Source: Bugula neritina
Lineage: Eukaryota > Animalia > Bryozoa
Length of the DNA: 64,000 nt
NCBI GenBank assembly: GCA_964035545.1
Contig: OZ037766.1
Span: 16,420,722-16,484,721 of the forward strand
Direction: 5' to 3'
Below, piece after piece: positions 1-21,600 of the stretch (position 1 is the stretch's first letter; each line of letters begins with the position of its first letter). The notes below the pieces were generated by a model. That model was given only the letters and a program-made list of their open reading frames with translations, made no database searches and was not told where the DNA came from. The translations under genes were made by a program, and so were the position numbers.

Positions 1-236
1 GTTATCCTGGAGTGTTGAGTAAGCAAAGCTAATACCAGCTGGTGATTTTTGTACTTACCTGCAATATGAACAAACCATGCAATTGCTGTAAGCAAATCAC
101 ATGTTTAAATATCAAAACCATGACAAAATGAAAATAAATTATAAAATCAAAGAGGAGTGAAAAAAATCACTAAAATCCTACATCATCTTCCCAGAAGAAA
201 CTACTGGGATTCTAGGCCAAGAATATAATTAAATCA

Positions 237-2654
<2,418 letters not shown>

Positions 2655-3781
2655 AACACAACATTATGATTATTACTAACTTAGCTCAGCTTTGACATCT
2701 AAAGTTAAATCGAATGTTAATACCATTGTTATGATATGGCGATATTTTATAGGAAGACGTCAAGAACGTTTCTGCTCAGGAACTCTGTAAATAAAACGTT
2801 TATAATTCGTTTATTTGTTGTTTTAAAACGATAGCTAATTTTTGTGATAGAACCGTCGCGGGCAAGCAACTCTTTACTTAAAAGAGAAACTGCGTTAACT
2901 CTAAATTTTATATTATGTGTGTTGGTAACTAATTATGGACTTGAAGACTAAAGGAATAAGTTTTGTATGTGTGTTTGTATTTGTTTCGCTTTTATATAAA
3001 ATGGCTTTAGACTAATTTATTTATTTTTGCTGAAACTACTGAACTGGGATACATTTTAGATTTTTAGTAACTGAAGCTGGATAATGGGCTGCACAACTTG
3101 CATAACCTATAGCTTCATGCATTTTAGGTACCTAAAAAGTGCAGTTTCATATATATGTTGTCCAAGATTTGAACTGCTATAATCAAAATATATTTCAACA
3201 GTTTCAATGCAGCATATGCTAAACACTGTCAGTCTCCTGGGATGCTTTGCCTCTAAAAGTTTGAAATAACTACATAATAAAATCAACATTGAAGCTTTAA
3301 GTATCATCTACCAGATTTATTAGAGTAGCTTTTAATTAGCTCTCCTGAGATACAATATGCTTTAATTCCTAATTTTTTTCTTGTCTTAAATGAAACGAAT
3401 ACATTATGTGCAAAATTTTATAGTTCGAATCAGAATCTAGATCTATACTAGCTGATATCTGGCTAAAGTCAATTATAGAAAACCAACCTACAGTAAACAC
3501 TCTTCACTCCCAGACCAACAGGCATTAAATGACAAAAGCATGCCCTTTCATTATAATTTTACATATTGCTACATATATTTATAAATGGTGCATATTGTAA
3601 AAATTGTTGAGTAGTTAAATGCTATTTATATAATCATTATGTAAAACACTTTTGCTGGATCAGAATTATGATCAGAGTTTGATTATATACATAATACTAA
3701 AATGGGATTTACTAACATATCATAATTTCCAGCTCGACTGGTGGTTGCTGATTACTCAGTGATGTGGCACATAGCCTAAGG

Positions 3782-6700
3782 TTAGACTAGTGAAGAGGCA
3801 GAGTCTCTTTCATGTGTAGGAGTTGTACTACCATCCCTTGTTTTGCAGTATTTTGAATACTTCATTTTCTGCTGGTACTGAATTCGAGGTTTAGCTATAA
3901 ACTTTCGAATTCGTTGAAATGCTCGTGTCATCACTTTCTCGTCCGTGTCTTGAAGCTACATGTATTCAAAAAATATTTGAGAGTCAAGCTACAGGCAAAT
4001 GTACAACATATATATTGACATAGCCAGAGATAACCATAATTACATATAAGAACAATTACTAAATTTTCTATAATATAAAAAGTATTTTATTTTATATTAT
4101 TTATAATATCACATTAAGCTGATAAATTTGCAAATAATATAGCAAAGTTAGATAGGCAAATTATATTGTGGGAGAATGATAGTATATAAAACAGCCTTCA
4201 AATTTTAGTCCTTAATCTCTCACTTAAAAAAATGATGCTACAGGCATTGCTAGATAATACAAGTACCACAACATATAAATTATAGATAATGCATTTTCGG
4301 TATATTGTATAAAAGAGCGATTTATTTATATAATTTTTATGTCATGTAATTTCAATTTTTTTTATTTTAATCAAGTTTAGCACCACTTGGACTTCAGATA
4401 TTTCATCTCAAATATGTAGAAAGTATAGCGCCATTTATTCTACTACATCAAAATAGAGCTGAGGCAGCATCAAGTGGGAACAATGTGGAGAGATAACTCT
4501 GTATATTTCACACTCACGTCAATGACATTGTCAGTGAGCAAAGATGTGAAAGGTGCTTCTATGGCATCTTCATTCAGCTTCTCTCGTACAATTATCAGAA
4601 TTTTGTTAGGTTGGTAATGCTGCTGTCCATATGCCTCTCTGCCTGCAGTTGGTAGGCAATCGCTTAATTAGTGCATCAACTGAAGCAGGTGCAAACTGAA
4701 AAAGCTTGTGTTTTAGATGAGAAATTTAGCAAAGTAAATTGACCTTGCAAGAAATTCAACCCGCACCAGAAATTCATTATGAAAAGTAGAAAGCCTAAAC
4801 TATCGGAATTTGTTCGTTGCTGCACCTAAATGATAATTTCCCCCATTTTAAAGTAAAATAAGGGGTTTTTGATACAAGTAAATCTTTGGCAAACTAAGCA
4901 GTGTAGATTAAAATGAATAATTATTTTATGCTCATCAAGCAGCTTATTCTCTAAATAGCATTGATGAATTGTGCAAAGTCAAATCAATACATATATTATT
5001 TAAACTCAATTGTGCTGAGATTATGCAAAATATTGAACTTTAGTATGTAGCATTTCAAGAGCTGCTAGAACTGCAAATGTCTGCCCGATCTCTACATTAC
5101 TCTTGAGTACTCATACCTGCTAGATCAGCTTGACCTCTACATTCAGCATCACCAAGAAACTCATTGCTTAGAACTATGATAATCTTCCTGCTTTTTTCCA
5201 TTCCAAGCAACATTTCTGTGTATTTATGTGACCCTGGTAAAGCTTCTCTGTCACTGATGTACAGCTTCAACTTGTTCTATAATAATAATTTAATTAGATG
5301 TGAATAGCAGATCTATGATCAGAGAGTAAACTAAACCAAATTATTATAATTATTATAATATAATTTGTGCTGATGCCGTATTTGAGTTGCAAGGTATAAA
5401 TATTAAACTAAGAAATTAGCTTATAGCACATTTGCATATAATTTACTCGTGATTTAATCATGAATATAGCTATACACCGTTTATGTTTAGGGTGCAATAG
5501 CTCCTTTATAACTTGGATATTTTAGAAGTGCCACTATAGTAATTATTCTAGTATATCAATGTAACGTTGTAATTAGGTTATAAATTAACTTTTTTCTTTT
5601 GTGAGATATTGCATTGCTTACTAACATTTTATTTTTTACTGCACCTTAGCTGAACATTAATAAAAGATATCCAGCTGTAAAGTTTGATTCCTTAAAAACT
5701 ATTGTATCAATTTCGAGATATTTACAAGTGAAAATAATAAGAGACTTGCCTTTAAATTCTTGTTTTCTTTTTCAGGATTTTCAATTGCTGGTATTAGACG
5801 GTTGACCACAAAAGCTGCGTCGTTTACTGCATTAGAATTGTACACGACAAAAGCATCATATAAGCATACGTGTTCAGAATGAACAGCAAAAATTTGATTC
5901 TTGACAGCTGAAAACACTACTTTAATGTGAGTTATGTACCAACGATATTTGTAAATCGGTATTGCTATCAGGACTACAGCAATTAAACCAAAGAATCCTC
6001 CGAGAAATCCAACAACATAGCGTTCAGCATCACATGCATAAGAATCTCTCTTGTACTTGTATACTTTCACTCCTTCTAACTTTTTTGATGGTCCATGGCA
6101 ATCAATTCTACCTGCTACTGGCACATAATTTGTATTTCTAATCCATGTCTGAACAAAATTTTGTGTGCAGGTGCATTGGAGAGCATTTCCTCGTAAGCCA
6201 AACTCCTCCAAAAAGTTTAGACTATCTAGGTGTTCAAGGAAACCTTCATCTAACATTGAAATAGAGTTGCTGTCATATAGCAACTTCCGCAAGTGTTTTA
6301 GATGTTCTATAGATTTAACATTTATTTCTCGCAAAAAATTATGGCGAAGGTCTAAGATTTCTAACAATGGATTATTTCTTACATAATCTAATTCAACGTG
6401 AGAAATTAAATTATTATGAACATATAATTCAGTCAATTTGGACATTTTTTCAAATAGCTGTTTTTTGAGGTAGACTATTTCGTTACCAGATATGTCTAAG
6501 ACAATCAAACTTTGCAAGTTTGAAATAAGTTTCTGGTTGTAGTCCCATCTAGTGATAAGTTGATTGTTCGCCAAATACAAATGAGTTAGAGAGTCACAAA
6601 GACCTTCAACTGTTGCAAGCTGGTTATGGTTAAAACGAAGTGTTCTTAAATTTACTAGATGTACGCAGCTCTCCTTGAAAAGACTGTTGTTAGCAAGTTT

Positions 6701-8328
6701 CAAGTGCGTTAAAAAGTTGTGGTCAAGATTAATCTCTTCTAAGTAGTCAAATGAAAAGCCATCTACAGTGAATGTTGGGATTCTGTGCAACTGGTTGTAA
6801 CTGAGATCCAAGTGTCTGATGGGAGCAACTTGAAGGTAAAATCCTACATTGTAGTTTCTCAAAAAGTCTGCATAGATGCTGTTACTGGCTATGGTCAGTG
6901 AATGTAATTTAGATTGATTTCGTGATGAAAACAACTTAACAGGTCTGTTGCCTAATGGGTTATCAATTAATGACAAGTATGAGAGATTAGGGCACCCATC
7001 AAAAATATTGTCTTCAACTATGGAGAATCTACACCAATCCAGATATAGCTCTGATAATTCGTTGAACCCATCGAATATGGACTTTTTCAAAATTGCACCA
7101 AACAGCAAATCACTATAACGAGTGTTCAGAACTCGAAGATGTGGTAGCCTTTTAAGTCCTGCTAAGGTGACATTTGTCAAGGTGCATACTGGGTCTGCTG
7201 GTGTGTCAGCTCGCCATCTTATTAGCGAGAGAGCTCTGATAGAAGAAGGCAAGTTTTCAAAGAGTTCTCTCACACTCATAGGACAGTTCAAATATTGTTT
7301 TGCAGCACTGATATCTAAATCTTCCAGGAGCCGGCAATTCTTGAATATGGTTTGATTGCCACCATAAATATTTGAGTAAGTTAAATTTAGAACTTTTATT
7401 GTATTTTGTATTGTTTCAAAAAATGTAGCAGGAATTTGATTCTCACACTTCTGTTCAACTGTAAAATTACTGAGGTTTATGTTTTTAATTTTAGTTAGCT
7501 GCTTGAATTCATTGCCAATAGTCTGGCAGTTGGAATGTTGGATGTGGTTGAATTCTAAGGATAGGTTTGTGAGGAGTGGCACTGTTTTAAACACTTGGTG
7601 AGGTATACTTGTTAGTTTGTTGAACTCTAGCTGCAGTACTTTTAATGAAGGAGGCAAAAAACATTCAGGTAATATTTTTATATTAGTTTCTCTGATTACC
7701 AACTGTTCAAGTTTTTTCAAATCTGTGAACACAAATTCTGCAACTGAAATAATGTTCTTTCCAGAAATGACAACTATCTTTAAGTCAGCGTATTTGGAAA
7801 ATTTACTTTTTTCAAGAGTAGCATTGGGACCAGTGTAAAACAGTTCCAAACTACTGATGCTAACTGGTAATTTTTGAGGTAAAATAGCCAAAGGATTGTT
7901 TGTTTCACAAATAGCAGTGTAATCACAGCGAGAGCAGAGTTCAGGCTCCTCAGAGCAGAAGAATGCTGACAAGCTAGATGTGAGCAGCATGATGATAACG
8001 CTTCTTAAAATATTCCACTGGAAAAACAACTCCTGGAACAAAGTGCAACTAGGTAAAGTGAAATTTTAGCAAAACAATATGGGCTACTGAGTCTAAAACA
8101 GTTATTAAAAAATTATTGACTTTACAGGCCTAGACTAGCATCGTATTTAAAAAGCATTTTCTTGCAACTCTGTTTATGAAAATAAACTTATTAGTACAAA
8201 GGATGAAGATTGTATTTTATAAAAAAAAATTTGTACCCAACACTGCTTCATTGTTTAAAACTACACAGACTAAAACAATTTAAATTCACTTACAAAATAA
8301 TATAATAATAGAGTCTTACCAGAAACAT
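3782..8328 (-). CDS. Toll-like receptor A (single-cysteine-cluster type, LRR-TM-TIR), about 916 aa; exons 8328-8320, 8032-5750, 5276-5117, 4642-4518, 3955-3782
   Basis: Signal-like N-terminus, many LxxLxLxxNxL repeats, LRRCT (NALQCTC...C...C), TM helix, TIR box 1 (YDAFVVYN). Spliced exons add KLYISDREALPG (BB loop) and SRKIIIVLSNEF, ending ...ERDSASSLV*. Intron 2 has a GC donor (AAG|GCAAGT). Confidence 0.93.
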
Positions 8329-10652
8329 GGTGTACTAGCTCCTGTTAAGCTCACGGGGACACGAAGCTCTCAATTATTAAGGTACTAATATAAAATGCTT
8401 ACTGTGTGCTAACAGGAAAACAGAAGACACTAGCATGACAGAATGTAAACACACTAATATAACAGCTGTCAAAGTTTTATCAGTTACTGACTAAAGTAGG
8501 AAATATTTTCTCAGCTTCTTTAGACTGATAATTGAATAGATAGCAAGATAACCTCTTTTTTAACATGTTCTATCATGTGAGAAAATCCAATTATCAATAC
8601 TTCATTGATCAAAACAAATATATGTCTCAAAATCTGTTTTCTGCAGTACCTACATTATACTGTGATTATTTTCAGCAACACTATAAATAAACAAGCTGTC
8701 ATAAATATAAGAAGACTTTAAAAGAATATAGATCACATACATTATGTGTGCAAATCATAAAACTGTACTAAAAAATAATGCCCTTGTAGCAAAATTTACA
8801 GAGATGACACACTAAGAAACTGTATTTTGCTTTTAGAATTATTTTTCAAAAGAGATTTGATCTACTGCATAAGGCTGCATGCTAGTTTAAGTGCACCTTT
8901 AACTTTTTTTATGTTTTTTATTTCAGTAAAATTGCATGATAACATTTAAATGTTTGAAATCTGTAACTAGAAGCCGTTGTTTAAGCACAATCTGTAATTT
9001 ACCAAAAACTCATATCAGCAATAATTTATATATGATGTAATGCAGAGTTGATCAATTATATTTATTATAATGGTATTTATTTGCCATGCTGAGTCATAAT
9101 ACTTATACTAACTTTACATCCAAATAGTCCAATTTGTCTATGACACACAATATTATATTTTGTTATTAAAATGTGATTGTGGCTTAAGGCTGTATCTGTC
9201 AATATTATTAGTTAAAGAGTAAAGTGAACTAGTTTGCTCTCAGCTTATTTTCCAGAAAGTATGCAATCCTTAAGATATTAGCCCAGTTTTATAATATTAT
9301 ACCTTGGATGACATCAAATTCTCTCAATCAGAATGGTTTACGGGGTAAGCACCTCAAAATGTACCCTGTATCAAACTCAGTGACCAAAAATCGCAGTTGG
9401 TTGCTACTTTTATAAAAATATTTATCTAAATTTTAACAACATATGAGAGATGCCAAGTTTTCTTTAATGTAACTTATAGCTATGTTAAGCTAGATTTCAC
9501 TTTTTATACTCATGCATGCATAATACATAGTTACCAGAGGTTTTGTAGTATACATAATTGGAGGCAGTTATAAACACACGCTAACTCCGGGCAGCAAATC
9601 TAGTAGCCTACTATAAGTCATACTAGCACATTTTCTGTTACTCTTTCTATTGTCATATATTTGTTATTTCACGATATATATTAAAGCTTTTAATAGAATA
9701 TTAAGTTATCATAAGAGATAACAGATTCAAAGGATTACCAATGCCAAATTAATTATAAAATGCAATATACATTGGTTCAGATGTTGATCTCACAAGCTGT
9801 GTGTTTGTGGAATAAACATTTGAAAGTAACAGATATTGTAGACATTTGCAGAAAGAATGATAAAAAACTTACATATTTGAAAAGAAAGTTCATCTGAAGC
9901 AATAAAATATTGTTTCATACCTTTTTGCTAAATTTAGTCAAGTTATAATTTATATAGAAGAGCATTTTCACTGCAGTTATTAGATTCAATATCCCTAACA
10001 GAAGTGCTTTTAGCTGAAAAGTTTAGACTGCGTCTGGCAAGTTTAGTGGGTTATAATGTAAATTCCATGAGTTATTTTGTATACAACAAATCCTTATTTG
10101 CTCGCTAAATATGAATTTAAATAGACTACAAAATTGTTCAAGTAGCTATTGGAACTTTTTTATTAATCAACGGTTTTTTTAAAAAAAGAGATAAAAATTA
10201 ATGTAGAACAAAAATTAGTAACGTATTCATCCACACACTAATAACCATCTTCATCATAACATTATTATACTGACTATACATGTTTACAATCAACATGAAA
10301 CTTTTTAGCAAAATGTTGCAAATCATCAGTTTATAGATCATGTTTGTGAGTAAAGTTTATATATATCTTTTTCTGTTTGTTTTGTGTTTCAATCTAAATT
10401 ATTTCAAATAGTTTAATTTAAAAAGATTTCAATCATTTCTTGACAGATGATGAAATTCCTAACTTGAAGCTTCCAATTATTGTAGTGTCCCTGGAAGGTA
10501 GGTGCAATAATCGAGAAATTGAGAAAAACCTATGTTCTAGATTAAAAATGTAGCAAAAGAAGCTATATTTTTGCAAGATTTTCAACGTATGCCCCAAGCC
10601 AGAATGAAAGAAGTTAGGCTATCTCAATTTCTCAACTACTGCTCCTAAATGT

Positions 10653-10723
10653 GTCCCCATGGTGTAATAGTTAGTGTGTATGCTTGCAAGCTGAAGTTCT
10701 TGGGTTCACATCCCAGTGGGAGA
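10653..10723 (+). mobile_element. tRNA-derived SINE head or tRNA pseudogene (tRNA-Ala(TGC)-like), degenerate
   Basis: A-box-like TGGTGTAATAGT, anticodon-loop-like CTTGCAA, B-box-like GGTTCACATCC; similar to the copy at 46972-47043; stems imperfect. Confidence 0.6.
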
Positions 10724-10976
10724 AGGAGTTTTTTATAAAAGTCTAAACAAATCTAGAAATATAAATCGTATTTTTTGTCATGTAGATCATTCTTAGCTAA
10801 AGCCATATAATTTAGAGTTTAGACTCATCGATCATGGCAGATTTTTAGCAATTTTTTTTTAGCAATTTTGATCTTATCTGTAAACAGCACACATTTGTTT
10901 TGATTGACAGTTGAGAACTATTAAGTGGCAAGTTGTATTCGTTTTATAGAAGCTTGAACCTTTAAACTTTTTGTGT

Positions 10977-16291
<5,315 letters not shown>

Positions 16292-18641
16292 GATAGCTAT
16301 AATATGACGCATTAATAGCAGAACTTTTTATTGCAAACTGACACTAACGCTGCTCTGCATCAATCTCAATGATATCTTGCAAGATTCTTTTACCATTTAT
16401 ATTACATGGTGAGATAATTTTTAGATCAATTTCTTGGAATTGGCATTTGAATTATCTTTTTTACATGCACTTTTGCCCCTCATATGATTATATCAGTAAA
16501 AGGATTTATCACATGCTATACAAGAAACAATGGATAGATAAGTTTTATCTTTCATGTACACAAGTATTAAACAAATAATTGTGATATGAACCAAGATCAT
16601 ACAATATATAATGACATATGCACAGGTGAGCTTGGTAGACTGCAACTAACTACAACATCTGCATGGCAAATTCTAACATTAATCTCCCAATATTTTTTGC
16701 TATTTGCAACAATTTGTTGTTCACTTGCATAAATAATCATTCTTGGTGTATTTTAAAGCAACAAAAAGATTATTTCTATTCTAATGTATTTTTTTAAAAT
16801 AAGGAAAGATTAGTTAAACTGTATTTCCTAACTTCTGAACTCTTTAATGGTAGAAATTTTTAGCAATTACAAATTTTTTCTGGCTTTATCTTATTCTTTT
16901 TAATTTTTATACAAGATGTCCCTTTATTTAAGAACCTTTGACCCTCTTCATTTACACATTTTGCATTTATATTCATATATACATCTTAGCTATGACCACC
17001 TACAGATTGAGGGATGTATACCCAAACTATCTTGTTTTACAATACATTTTGTAAACTAATTGGGGAATTTTTATCAATTGCAGATGAAGATTCCCAGGGG
17101 CTCTGGAGTCTGTGATATTATTGTTGCATGCTATTCGTAGCTGATGCAACCCACAGCTTAATCACTGAACCGGCTTAAATGTTTTAATAGTAAGTTATAA
17201 AATATCCTGCAAATTTCACACTAAGGCCACAAGAACACCGATTGATGCAGCTCATAGTTTGGGGTCTCAAGTTTGGAGTTCAGAGTTTAGACAATGGCTT
17301 GTATACAAACACTGCACTCAGTGACTGAAACTTTGTGCGTCATCTAACAATCCTCTTCAATATTGGGCACCCTTCTAGCACAATCTCGTGTTGAAGTAGT
17401 ATAGTAATATGATTATATTTCTTAGCCTGTGAACACTAACTATTTTATGGCCTGTCTGCGCTCCTCAGCACATGGCTTACGGACCAGTTTTTTTACAGAA
17501 GCTTTTAACCAGGCATACTTATAATGTGAATTAATTCAAGCCAGAGTTCTGAGGCATCTCTGGGGGTTATGAGCCTTGAAAGTATAAAACTGAACACAGC
17601 TATAGAGATAGTTGAGTTCAATTAACTTGCGAACAAAGCCTGAATATAGATTGCTGATTTGTAACAAATGTGAACATGTTGAAAGAGAATGGGTATACCA
17701 AACATTTCTTTCACTGATCTAGTGCTATTAATAATGACACAGCATATTGTTTTATACACACATTACAATGTATTTCAACTCAAATAACATTTTTGACATT
17801 TGTAAAAATTATAAAAAATTAAAATTTACCTAATTTTGACCAGAATAATAATTGACAAAGCTCCATTAAAATAAAAACCCCATATAAAATTTCCTATTTT
17901 ATACTGGCAACAGATACTATAAATGATATGCATTGGGCAATATAAGGAAATGAAGACACCAACAGTGTGACAATACAGGATGAAAACACCAACACTCAGT
18001 TAACGAAAGATCCACCAAGAAATCTCAACAGATAAGAATATACACAGCCTGTAACCATCCAATTATAATGTGCATTAAGAGTACATACTGAACATAAAAT
18101 GTATACAATAAACTTCACAAAATATAAAATTTTATATTTACATATTCCAAGTGTGTGTGGGGTTATAGTCACTGCAGTGTGCATACCGTTGTGCAATAGT
18201 AAGAGTGTGTAAGTCATATAGTGTATATCGTGCAGTTTTGGACCAGTCATGAAATAAAATGCAAATACAAACAAATAATTACAATTAATCAAATGTTTAA
18301 AACTATTCCAGCTGTTCCCAAATCAATCGTTGCCACCAACCAACGGCAATACCAATACTAATCACACTGAACATGAATGGAGTTTTCTGTTAAAAATTAG
18401 TGCAGCACTGCCTTCTTTTGAAATCAAAATAAAATTCACAACCACCTCCCACAACCCCTTGCCCAGCATACACAAAGGTACAGAGCATGCATAGGTCACT
18501 ACACAACACGAGTATAAGTAGCTGTAAACTGCAAGTGTAAGTTACTGTATGGTGTAAGTCTTAGTCACAGTATAATATAAGTGAATTGCCTACGTAGAGT
18601 AAGAGTTAATATCTGTACACATTGCCGAATCTCCGCTCAGC

Positions 18642-21600
18642 TTACGATGCTTTGTCTCTGCTGGAGGGCCTCTTGGGAAGGAAGACGACTGCTGCTAAAG
18701 CAAGGATATGCATCCAGCAGTACTGAGACCTGGAAACATACAAAGAGATGTAAGCTAACAGAACAAAACAGTTGCTTCTAACAGCATGATGGCAAGTATT
18801 AACTCATATATTAGCTGTCAAACATCTACTGCATGTTTCTCTCTATAACCTTTAGCTTCAGCAGCATAGTACAGAACTGCAGTATGCTTCAATATAATAC
18901 ATTATATATTGAAAACAAAAGTCATATATTACCAGCTATATCTTAGGGCGCTTTCGGATTCCCTACGCGTAGGGGTAACTGTAGGCCCTACGCGATGCCC
19001 ATTCGGTAACCATCACGCGTAGGGCGCAATTATTCGAGCAATTACAGTAATTTTACTCTGACATTGCGTCATTTTTGTAATCGAGTGTAAGCGATAGAAT
19101 AGGTAGTTACCCCTACGCGTACCCGGGGCACTCGTGGTTACCGAATGCGTCGATTACAATATTAGCCTTAGCAACCAACAGTATCTACTAAGATTCTCAA
19201 GCTACATTAGCGATGCCATAAATGTTTTGTAATTTTGCTGTGTATACTAGTAACGCCTGCTGCAGACGAATTCGTCTGCACAATATTTTCCCGTACAGAG
19301 CAACGACTAATCCTTCACGCATTCATTCAACTCAAAACTATGGAGTCTTCAAGCAACTGTAAGTAGCAATAACTTACCATGGTGTAAACTTACCCACGAA
19401 TATTAACGTCTATTGTCATTATGTATGTTATATTAATTTACAAGTTGATTTATAATAAAACATTACCACAAATTAAAAGTGAAGATTACTTATAACTTTT
19501 TAAGATAATGGAGAAGAAGCAACGTAAGTATATTATTGACCATGTTTGTGTTATGAGTTTTTATTTCAAATTTAATGTTTTGAAGAAAATTTTTCGTTAC
19601 TATATTTCATATAGCATAAATTATATCAAATATAGCATAGATACATGTATCCTGTAATAAGTGTTGGTCAAGGACTACTAGTACTATCGCTACTATGAGT
19701 ACTACGGTGTCCGTGTTCAGAAATGAAGAGAAGGCAAATCTATACTCAAGTTTCCCAACATTTTTAAGCTCCAACACTGAAGAAACAGACCAGCTGAAGC
19801 AGTTGCTTCCAATAATATTGGAATCGCTTGAAAGTAGCAGCAGCAGCTCTTCATCTGAGGATGATGACACCATGCCAAACATACCAAGGCACCTCCCCAA
19901 GAGCAGACGATATTTTGATATGATAAGAGATATGGATAATGAAGAGTTCTTTACTCATTTTAGAATGGGAAGGGGTTAGTGTGTTTCAAATTTCAGTCTG
20001 TAGCACTACATCACTTGATAACATTACTCATGCTAGCAATAATAACACTACACAATAATCAAAACAGCATGGTATGATCACTAAATGTAAGTTGCATAAA
20101 AAATATGATGTGCATAGATGTTAATGCTGAAATGTGGTTAACTTTGCAGATGCATTCAACTATGTTGTGCAAATGATGACAGAATCCAGGCTTACTCCGC
20201 ACAGCCACGGTCTAACCAGCCAACAAAAGTGCCTGGTAGCTTTATGGTATTTAGGCAGTGACAGTAGCTTTAGGTAAATCTACTAAGTTAAACATATTCT
20301 TATAGCTTACAAATTAGAATATCTATTCAAATACAATAATTTAAATGATAATAAAACTCAGGTTACAATATTTATAGGACGACATCGCAAAAATTTGGCT
20401 TGTCAATGAGCACTGCACACAGTAGTTTAGAAGAGCTAGTTGGTGCAGTCTTGAAGAATCTTTCTAAAATCATAAAAATGCCAGAAAGTGTAGAAGAATT
20501 AAGAGAAAGCACTCAGCTCTTCTACAAATACAAGTTCCCAAATGTGGTGGGCGCCATAGATGGCACCATGATAGAAGTGCATCCACCGCAAAGAGAAAAA
20601 TTGGACTTCTTTACTAGAAAATATAATACTAGCGTCAATTTGACAGCATTGTGTAATGGCAACAAAAAATTTTTATATATAAATGTTGGGCAGTCGGCAA
20701 GATGCCATGACAGCCATATTTTTCAGAGATCCAAGCTAGCTTCAAAGCCATTGAACAGGCAATATCACATCATAGGCGATGCAGCATACGGGCTGAGTGA
20801 GAACATGATGGTGCCATACGTAAAGCCAGAGGGTTCACCGATTAAGGAGATCTACAACAAAACGCATTCATCGACAAGAATGGTGATCGAAAGAAGCTTT
20901 GGAGATCTAAAGAACCGTTGGCTTAGACTTTCTAATCTGAAAACTAGCATCGAATTGGCAAATAAAATAATAGCAGTCTGCTGCTGTCTTCATAACATTT
21001 GTATTGAGTATGGAGACATAAAAGCTGTTCAGCCTACATTGGCTGAGGACAGTTACCGTATTTTGGACTTTGCAAATGCTGCAGAAAAAAGAGATGTGAT
21101 CGCAAATTATATTTTTAGCAATTAATATTATGTTAAACTTTTGATGTTAAATTTCATTCATTTTCAGTTTTGTTTTAATAAATTGTCTGCAACTTCAAAC
21201 AAATTAAATTTTTTTTCTAAACAATATTACCCAGTCTTGTATGCAGTATTGAACCAGATTAAATTATTAATCCTATAACTACATGACTAACACAAGGCAA
21301 TGATGGAATTTTGTTACAGTTACCAAGAACTACAGGATGTTGAAGATATGTCTTGGAGATTATGTGAAAGTTCATCTGAAAGTCAATGCAGAGGTAGGAA
21401 ATAAAACTTACCTTGTTTGCATTACACGAAGTCTAAACAGGAGCTATGAAATGCTTCACTTAATTCCATCTTCATATCTTTTTCAGTGAGTACTAAAGAA
21501 AAGCCAGGGGAAGACCCAAGTGAGGTAAGCAAAATTGTTATCACAAACAGCATTGTGCATCTCAGTTACAAGTTGTTACGAACAAAATACAGTTGAAAAA

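Noticed and set aside
9300-9604. Possible non-autonomous Helitron ending ...CCGGGCAGCAAATCTAG|T
   Set aside because: No convincing subterminal hairpin or defined 5' TC end.
17060-17096. NF-kB-like sites upstream of TLR-B (GGGGAATTTT; GGGAATCTTC on the minus strand)
   Set aside because: Imperfect matches to GGGRNNYYCC that are expected by chance; no supporting conservation is visible.
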